Positions 57,671-64,000 of a stretch of 64,000 bases of DNA are shown here, piece by piece. The notes beneath the pieces are model-generated. The model saw nothing but the letters and a program-made list of their open reading frames with translations. It searched no databases and was not told the origin of the DNA. The DNA is from an uncultured Acidobacteriota bacterium (lineage in GTDB: Bacteria; Acidobacteriota; UBA6911; RPQK01; JAPXNP01), in contig CAVZRV010000027.1 in assembly GCA_963777605.1 (NCBI GenBank), positions 448,001 to 512,000 on the forward strand. Reading direction: 5' to 3'. A program made the position numbers and the translations under genes. Each line of letters begins with the position of its first letter. The stretch's first letter is position 1.

Positions 57671-59788
57671 ATGGAAACGTTTCCACAGCAGTTCATCAAC
57701 CATCTCAAGAACCTGGACACGGTTCCCTCCGTTGCGATCCGGGTGATCGAGGCCACGCGTAGGGCTGACTCCGACAGCGAGGAAATCGGCACGTTGGTCG
57801 AGAGTGACCCGGCGCTGAGCGCCAAGGTACTGAGAACCGCCAATTCAGCCTGGCTCGGCTGCTCCGGCAAGATCGCATCACTACCCCGGGCGATGACTCT
57901 CCTTGGAGTAGACATGGTGCGATGCATCGCACTGTCCGTAGTCATCTCCAAGCTCTTTCTCGAAAGAAGCCCCACCGGGGCAAGAGAGCGATTCACTCTG
58001 CTTTGGCAGCACAGCCTGGCCTGTGGAATCGGCAACGAGTTGTTGGCGGAGAAACTGCGTACCGGTGATCCCAAGGCGGCCTTCATCACCGGTCTTATCC
58101 ACGACATCGGCAAGTTCATCTTTCTCCAGTGGAACTCGGAACTCTACCTCGAACTCCTGGCTGCCGCCGAGGAATCGATGACACCACTCCACATTCTGGA
58201 ACGGAAGATGATCGACACCGACCATCCAACGGTGGGGGGACTGCTCCTCGATACCTGGGGATTCCCCGAGAAGTTGCGTTTTCCCGTTTCAGAGCATCAT
58301 CGTGACATGCGAACCTTGTCCGACGCCCCGATGGCCAGACACCTGCTCACTCTGAAGGCAGCCAACGCACTGGCTCATCTGGTGCGTCTCGGGGCCAGCG
58401 GCAATCCCAAGCCTGAATTCACGCTCTCCGTCTTACCGCGCGTCATCGGAGTCAGTGCCGAGGACGTGTTCCAACTGGGACAGGAGCTCCTGTGCCGTTT
58501 CGAAGAGCGGGCCGCTCTGTTTGACCTTGAAGGCTCGACCCCGGAACTCTTTTTGAAGACGGCATTCAGAGCCAACGAAGAACTTTCCCGCAGACTGGAA
58601 GAGCTCGAAATCCAGGAGCGCATCCGCTTCAATGCCCAATCCACGCTGGGCCTTCGGGAACAGCAACTGGATCGCGCAAAGCGGTTCGAGGCGGTCGGGC
58701 ACATAGCCGAGTCAGTCGCCCACGACTTCAATAACTTGCTGACGGTAATCAAAGGCCACGTGGAAATGGCCTCAGGAATCACTCCAGGCGACTCGCCGAT
58801 CGACATGCATCTGCGGGAAATCGAATCCGCAACCTCCCGAGCGGCGGCCCTGACCGAGCAGATCCTCACCTTCCGGAAGCGACAAAACCTGAGGCCCCAA
58901 CCGCTCAGTTTCAACCAGGAACTGGAAGCGATGCAGACGATTCTGGAGCGCTTGCTTGGGCCGCAGATTGAACTCGAATGCGAGGCTGACCCACGCTTGG
59001 GTCCAATTCTGGCGGATCCCGGGCAGATCGGCCAACTCCTGGTCAACGTGGCGCTTCACACTCGCGAAGCACTGCCTGCCGGGGGGACTCTGCGAATTCA
59101 CACATCTCAACATTCTGAAGCCGTTCCCGATGGCAACCGCGAAGCCAAGAGAACCGAGTTCGCGGTCGTGCAACTGTGCCTCGATTCAGCGGCTTCTGAT
59201 GCAGGCTCTGGAGAAATGCCGGTCGAACGGACCACCAGCGCGTACGAGGATGCCTCTGAAAATGGCACTCAGCTGGAGACACTTCTCACGGGAGTCAAAC
59301 AACTCGGAGGAGTCGGGCAAGTTACCACGGGGCAGGGCCACACCATGGTGATTGGGATGCGGTTCCCCGTCCTCGAAAATGATGCCGCCCATTCCATCCC
59401 GGGAGGGAAGGCTGATCCTTTCCGCTCCCTGGGGATTCTGTTGGTTGACGACGAGGTCAGCATTTTGAGACTCCTTGAGAGATCTCTGTCGAACGCTGGA
59501 TTCAAGGTGTTTGCGGCCGATCAGCCAGAAGTAGCAGAAGAGATTTTCCAAGCGAACTCACACCAGATCGACCTGCTTTTGAGCGATGTGGTCATGCCGC
59601 GGATGGGCGGAATGGAACTGTACGGCCGCCTTTTGGAGGCCAATCCCAACCTCAAGGTACTCTTCATCTCCGGGTACTCCCGTGAACTCGAAGAATCCAG
59701 CCCCGGAGTTCCCTTCCTTGAAAAGCCATTTACACCACGAAAGCTGGTGGACATGGTGAAGAGCGTCCTGCTCGACCAATCCCAGTAG
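57671..59788 (+). CDS. HDOD + HisKA + degenerate HATPase + REC hybrid protein
   Basis: DPALSAKVLRTANS, LWQHS, GLIHDIGK; H-box VAHDFNNLL; eroded N/G1/F/G2 boxes; REC LVDDE, SDVVMP, ISGY, EKPF. Confidence 0.85.
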   Translation: METFPQQFINHLKNLDTVPSVAIRVIEATRRADSDSEEIGTLVESDPALSAKVLRTANSAWLGCSGKIASLPRAMTLLGVDMVRCIALSVVISKLFLERSPTGARERFTLLWQHSLACGIGNELLAEKLRTGDPKAAFITGLIHDIGKFIFLQWNSELYLELLAAAEESMTPLHILERKMIDTDHPTVGGLLLDTWGFPEKLRFPVSEHHRDMRTLSDAPMARHLLTLKAANALAHLVRLGASGNPKPEFTLSVLPRVIGVSAEDVFQLGQELLCRFEERAALFDLEGSTPELFLKTAFRANEELSRRLEELEIQERIRFNAQSTLGLREQQLDRAKRFEAVGHIAESVAHDFNNLLTVIKGHVEMASGITPGDSPIDMHLREIESATSRAAALTEQILTFRKRQNLRPQPLSFNQELEAMQTILERLLGPQIELECEADPRLGPILADPGQIGQLLVNVALHTREALPAGGTLRIHTSQHSEAVPDGNREAKRTEFAVVQLCLDSAASDAGSGEMPVERTTSAYEDASENGTQLETLLTGVKQLGGVGQVTTGQGHTMVIGMRFPVLENDAAHSIPGGKADPFRSLGILLVDDEVSILRLLERSLSNAGFKVFAADQPEVAEEIFQANSHQIDLLLSDVVMPRMGGMELYGRLLEANPNLKVLFISGYSRELEESSPGVPFLEKPFTPRKLVDMVKSVLLDQSQ

Positions 59789-59943
59789 TCGAAGACCACT
59801 CAATTGACATAAAGGAGAGCCAGGCGTTTCCCTGAAGTTGGTCTCAACGTTGGGACAGTCGGGAGGAAACTCGGGGGCGGGTGCGGGTTTTGCGTTCCGT
59901 CGGGGAAGCGAAGTATCATGCTTGCCAGTACTGGAGTAGCGGA

Positions 59944-60822
59944 ATGAATCTTTCCGGGCCAAGCAACGATACCGCGGCAAACCACTCTTCGGAGTCGGGG
60001 GATGCGGTACAGAGCGAACTGGAACGCTTTGTCGGGAACATGGGTTCCCTGCCCAGTCTGCCATCCCTGTACCTCCAGTTGACGGAGGAGTTGCGGTCCC
60101 CTGACGTCTCGGCAGTTCGAATCGCCCAGATCATCTCCAAGGATCTGGCCATGACTTCCAAGATCCTTCAGATCGTGAACTCCGCTTATTTCGGTCTGTC
60201 CCGCCAGATCTCGAGCATCGAGCGGGCCATCCTCTTGATGGGCCTGGAGATGCTTCGAAGTTTCGTTCTGTCAGTGGAAGTCTTCTCCATGTTCGAGGCC
60301 AAGAAGATGGCCGGTCTGGCGGTCGCAGGCCTCTGGCGTCACAGCATGAACTGTGCGGCCCTGGCACGCCGGATTGCCGTATCTGAGCGCTTCAACCGGG
60401 ACGGAGTAGATCACATTGCGACCGCAGCCTTCCTCCACGATATCGGCAAGTTAATGATGGCCAACGAGATGCCGGACAAATACCGGGAAGTTTCACGACT
60501 GGTCAAATCGGAGAATCTTGCTTCTTTCGATGCGGAACAGAAGGTCTTCGGGTTCGATCATGCCGAGGCGGGTGGGTATCTCCTGAGCCGCTGGAAGCTC
60601 CCGAAAGCTGTCGTGCAACCGGTCCGCTGGCACCACGCCCCGGCCGGCGCCAACGACGAAACAGTCCCCGCTGTCACTGTAGTTCACGTAACCGACTGCC
60701 TGGAGCACGAAGTGAACGAGGCTCCCTCGGTGGCAAATGCCGTTCCGGATCAGGAGTTCCTGGCCGCCGTCTCAGCAACTTCGTCGCTGGAGCGCTGGCG
60801 GGACTTTGCCAGAAATCCATAA
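59944..60822 (+). CDS. HDOD domain protein
   Basis: LPSLP, KILQIVNSAYFG, LWRHS, FLHDIGK, DHAEAGGYLL..W.LP, WHHAP. Confidence 0.9.
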   Translation: MNLSGPSNDTAANHSSESGDAVQSELERFVGNMGSLPSLPSLYLQLTEELRSPDVSAVRIAQIISKDLAMTSKILQIVNSAYFGLSRQISSIERAILLMGLEMLRSFVLSVEVFSMFEAKKMAGLAVAGLWRHSMNCAALARRIAVSERFNRDGVDHIATAAFLHDIGKLMMANEMPDKYREVSRLVKSENLASFDAEQKVFGFDHAEAGGYLLSRWKLPKAVVQPVRWHHAPAGANDETVPAVTVVHVTDCLEHEVNEAPSVANAVPDQEFLAAVSATSSLERWRDFARNP

Positions 60823-60901
60823 TTCCGTTCCTCCGCTCTTTCAGTGACTGAGGCGAGGCATTTCTGCGACTCATTCTGAGCGGCGAGGCAATAAGTCCCG
60901 G

Positions 60902-60937
60902 CGACAATCAGCTGACGCCGCCGACAGTAGAATGCCG
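60902..60937. promoter_or_regulatory. Tandem upstream activator sites (CGDCA-N6-TGHCG)
   Basis: CGACA-ATCAGC-TGACG (60902) and CGACA-GTAGAA-TGCCG (60922), 20 bp apart. Confidence 0.65.
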
Positions 60938-61055
60938 GAACGGGACCGTGTCCCTGACCCGACTGGGGCAAAATATCAGACGAATCAACCACTTCGGAAC
61001 AGGGAAAAGTGGGCATTTCAGCTTTCCTGAGCCAGTTTTCCTCATTGTCGCCCCA

Positions 61056-61072
61056 CTGGCATGCTTCATGCT
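61056..61072 (+). promoter_or_regulatory. Sigma54 promoter
   Basis: CTGGCAT-GCTTC-ATGCT (GG-N10-GC). Confidence 0.75.
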
Positions 61073-61088
61073 TCTAATGAAAGGTATT

Positions 61089-61304
61089 ATGACAAAGAAG
61101 TACCTGGTGGTCACCAAGGTGGACGGAAAGCTCACGATGCTGTCATTCAGTTCAAACTCCTCGCAGGAGAGCGAACTGGAAAGCGAATGCGGACAAATGC
61201 TGGCCGAGCTCTTCACCGGCCACCGACTCGACGAGTACTTCGTCCAACCCTGGCCGATTTCCGGGGATCTCGACGGAGCACGGCAACCGCGATCCCAAGT
61301 CTAA
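61089..61304 (+). CDS. Small hypothetical protein (71 aa), putative flagellar regulon member
   Basis: ATG just downstream of a sigma54 promoter. Codon usage matches the genome (GTC ACC AAG GTG GAC...). MTKKYLVVTKVDGKLTMLSF... Confidence 0.65.
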   Translation: MTKKYLVVTKVDGKLTMLSFSSNSSQESELESECGQMLAELFTGHRLDEYFVQPWPISGDLDGARQPRSQV

Positions 61305-61318
61305 TTGGCCGGAGGCGA

Positions 61319-62968
61319 TCATTCCAGCCGGCTTGAATCAAAAGCCTGCTGGACGATCTCGCGAGCTTCCTCTTGGATTTGGCGAAGATGGTCCTTTCCA
61401 AGGAAACTTTCGGCGTAAAGCTTGTACACGTCCTCGGTACCTGAAGGACGAGCTGCGAACCACCCATTCTCGGTGACTACCTTGAGTCCCCCGATTTCCG
61501 CCTGGTTACCAGGAGCGCGGGTGAGTTTGCCGAGGATTTTCTCTCCCGCCAGCCGATCTGCCGCGACCTGCTCGGGAGACAGCCCCTTCAGAATCTGCTT
61601 CTGTTCTCTTGATGCCGGAGTGTCAATGCGCTCGTAACAGGGAGAGCCAAATCTCTCCTCTAAATCCGAGTAGTGGCGGCTTGGATCTTTCCCGGTAACC
61701 GCAAGAATTTCGGCGGCGAGCAAATCCAGGACAAACCCGTCCTTGTCGGTAGTCCAGGTCGTGCCGTCCAGTCGAAGAAACGAAGCTCCGGCACTCTCTT
61801 CACCTCCGAAGCCAAAACTGCCGTCGGACAACCCTGAGACAAACCATTTAAAGCCGACCGGAACCTCGACGAGGCGTCTCCCCTGGTCTCGAGCGATGCG
61901 ATCAATCATGCTGCTGCTCACCAGGGTTTTCCCAACTGCGGCCTCCCGCGACCATCCCGTTCTGTTCTGGAACAGGTACCAGACGGCCACTGACAGGAAG
62001 TGGTTCGGATTCATTAGACCACCCGAAGGGGTCACGATTCCATGGCGATCGAAGTCCGAGTCGTTGCCGAACGCAACATCAAAACGATCTTTAAGACGGA
62101 TCAACCCGGCCATGGCATACGGCGACGAACAATCCATCCGAATCTTGCCGTCCCAATCCAGCGACATGAAACGGAAGGTCGGGTCCGTCTGCTCGTTGAC
62201 GACAGTGAGGTTGAGGCCATAGCGTTCGGCGATTGGCGCCCAATAGGCCACACCGGCGCCACCCATCGGGTCAGCTCCGATGTTCAACCCTGCATCACGG
62301 ATCCGATCCAGATCCACCACACTGGCCAGATCTTCGACGTAGGCGGATTGGAAATCCGCCCGGTTGACCGATCCCAACGCGCGCGCGTAGGTGATGCGAT
62401 TGACTCCTTCGTTGTGCGAGTTGAGCAATTCGTTGGCACGGCGTTCCACCCAGCCGGTCACCGAGGTATCGGCCGGCCCGCCGTGTGGAGGGTTGTACTT
62501 GAAGCCACCGTCTGTCGGAGGGTTGTGGGAGGGAGTAATCACCACTCCGTCGGCAGCCCCACCTTTCCGGTTCAGGTTGTGCGTGATGATTGCGTGGGAT
62601 ATGACCGGCGTCGGAGTAAATCCTAACTGGGAGTCCACCCAGACATCGACACCGTTCGCCACCAGTACCTCGATCGCAGTGGCATGAGCCGGCTCAGACA
62701 AGGCATGGGTGTCCTTCCCCAGGAACAGTGGCCCATCGATCCCCTGAGACTTCCGGTACTCACAGATGGCCTGGGTAATCGCAAGAATGTGCTCCTCGTT
62801 GAAGGTGCATTCTGCCGCCGAGCCACGATGACCCGAAGTTCCAAATGCTACTCGCTCCCCCGATCGTGAAGCGTCGGGCTTCCGAAGGTAATACTCGCTG
62901 ACTAGCCTGGGGACATTAACGAGAAGCGACTGTGGCGCCGGCTTTCCCGCCAGTTCATTCACACTCAT
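61319..62968 (-). CDS. pgm: Phosphoglucomutase (alpha-D-glucose phosphate-specific)
   Basis: [35 protein letters not shown]. Confidence 0.97.
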   Translation of the reverse strand: MSVNELAGKPAPQSLLVNVPRLVSEYYLRKPDASRSGERVAFGTSGHRGSAAECTFNEEHILAITQAICEYRKSQGIDGPLFLGKDTHALSEPAHATAIEVLVANGVDVWVDSQLGFTPTPVISHAIITHNLNRKGGAADGVVITPSHNPPTDGGFKYNPPHGGPADTSVTGWVERRANELLNSHNEGVNRITYARALGSVNRADFQSAYVEDLASVVDLDRIRDAGLNIGADPMGGAGVAYWAPIAERYGLNLTVVNEQTDPTFRFMSLDWDGKIRMDCSSPYAMAGLIRLKDRFDVAFGNDSDFDRHGIVTPSGGLMNPNHFLSVAVWYLFQNRTGWSREAAVGKTLVSSSMIDRIARDQGRRLVEVPVGFKWFVSGLSDGSFGFGGEESAGASFLRLDGTTWTTDKDGFVLDLLAAEILAVTGKDPSRHYSDLEERFGSPCYERIDTPASREQKQILKGLSPEQVAADRLAGEKILGKLTRAPGNQAEIGGLKVVTENGWFAARPSGTEDVYKLYAESFLGKDHLRQIQEEAREIVQQAFDSSRLE

Positions 62969-63017
62969 ACCGGGTCTCCATCGATTGAATTGTGGGTTTC
63001 CGACAGTTTCTCACGAA

Positions 63018-63929
63018 TTAGAGGGTTGACTCGACTTCATCCCTCGTCGGGAGGGAGGACTGGGCACCCATCCTGGTCACGGAAATGGCACCGACCCGGT
63101 TGGCGAACTCAATCGCTACTGGCAGGGACATTCCTTCGCAGATACCACAGGCAAGAGCTCCGTTGAAGGCGTCCCCTGCCGCCGTCGTGTCGATTGCAGA
63201 AACCGGCTGAGCCGGCATGAGCCGCTCCCCTTCCCGATCGACCAGGAGTGCCCCATGGGAACCCATCGTGATGACGACTGCCCGGGGTCCTCTTTCAAGC
63301 AACCGGCGCCCCGCAAGGACAGCCGTATCGGGATCGGAGATCGGAATCCCCGAGAGGACTGCCGCCTCTCCCTCGTTGGGGGTTAGGACCGTCACCAATC
63401 CCATCAATTTGTCGTCCAGTTCGGCGGCGGGAGCGGGATTAAGAATGAACTGAGCTCCCCACTCACGGGCTAATTCCCCGGCGCGATGAACGACGGGCAG
63501 CGGCGTCTCCAACTGGGTGAGCACAACCGCGCACTGTTCGAATGCAGCCTCCGCCGACTCGAGATCGGCGACCGAGAGAGCACTGTTGGCGCCGGAGGCG
63601 ACCGCTATCATGTTCTCACCCCGGGAATCCACCATGATCAAGGCAATCCCCGAAGCCGCATTGCCGTCCCGGACGATCCATCGGGTTTCAATTCCAGCAT
63701 TTCGAAATCCGCTCACCGAGCGTTCACCGAAAACATCGTTTCCGACGCAGGCGACGAAAGTCACAGCCGCTCCCAGCCTTGCGGCCGCAACGGCCTGATT
63801 GGCTCCTTTGCCCCCGGCGACTTCTGCGAAATTTCCCCCGATAACGGTCTCTCCCGGAGAGGGAAGCCGAGGCAGCTTTACTACCATGTCGGTGTTGGAA
63901 CTCCCGACCACGACCACTCGATCCATCAC
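63018..63929 (-). CDS. rbsK: Ribokinase
   Basis: VVGSSNTD, GGKGANQAVAAARLG, QLETP, NPAPA, DTTAAGDAFNG. Confidence 0.95.
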   Translation of the reverse strand: MMDRVVVVGSSNTDMVVKLPRLPSPGETVIGGNFAEVAGGKGANQAVAAARLGAAVTFVACVGNDVFGERSVSGFRNAGIETRWIVRDGNAASGIALIMVDSRGENMIAVASGANSALSVADLESAEAAFEQCAVVLTQLETPLPVVHRAGELAREWGAQFILNPAPAAELDDKLMGLVTVLTPNEGEAAVLSGIPISDPDTAVLAGRRLLERGPRAVVITMGSHGALLVDREGERLMPAQPVSAIDTTAAGDAFNGALACGICEGMSLPVAIEFANRVGAISVTRMGAQSSLPTRDEVESTL

Positions 63930-64000
63930 ACCAGCCTCGCGACGATGATCAACGCCAGGCCCGCGAAGTAGCCTGCAAACATCAGCACCAGCAGACGGTT
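63926..64000 (-). CDS. C-terminal end of a membrane protein (possibly a GRP/DMT sugar transporter), partial
   Basis: NRLLVLMFAGYFAGLALIIVARLV* is hydrophobic, and the stop overlaps the rbsK start. Confidence 0.45.
   Translation of the reverse strand, partial: NRLLVLMFAGYFAGLALIIVARLV

Noticed and set aside
57671-60822. HD-GYP phosphodiesterase call for the HD-containing proteins
   Set aside because: They show the HDOD signature (LPxxP, ANS/VNS, WxHS, HDIGK) and no GYP motif.
60948-61088. N-terminal extension of the small ORF to 118 aa
   Set aside because: The extension overlaps the sigma54 promoter and reads as non-coding. The ATG at 61089 fits better.

Overview
GC-rich bacterial window, probably a diderm. 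The taxonomy cannot be fixed from sequence; gene content suggests an Acidobacteriota/Desulfobacterota-like lineage. Most of it is a ~48 kb flagellar and chemotaxis supercluster on the minus strand (csrA-fliW, flgL to flgF, fliN/M/A, flhG/F/A/B, fliR to fliL, flgE/D, fliK to fliE, flgC/B, FleS/FleR-like pair, cheW/B/X/Y/D/R/W/A/X) with a FleQ-like activator on the plus strand. On the left is a mosaic glycosylation island (sulfotransferase, IS5 remnant, WcbI-GSCFA fusion, glf, pseI, ATP-grasp, SpsF/PseG-like fusion). On the right are two HDOD genes, pgm and rbsK. No fliC/fliD/fliS, motAB or MCP gene is present in the window. A three-tier regulatory hierarchy can be read directly from the DNA: six sigma54 promoters, two classes of upstream activator palindromes, IHF-like sites and five sigma28 promoters. 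This grammar points to uncharacterised regulon members: a 71-aa sigma54-driven ORF at 61089, a sigma28-driven candidate structured RNA at ~57306-57403, and two small sigma28-class ORFs. Other unusual parts are two MshEN-type c-di-GMP motifs (a standalone Cys-rich protein and an insert in CheA) and two His-bearing proteins with no working kinase domain. Five genes (WcbI-GSCFA, flhA, flhB, fliK, fliH) carry single-base frameshifts at short homopolymers, most likely sequencing errors.
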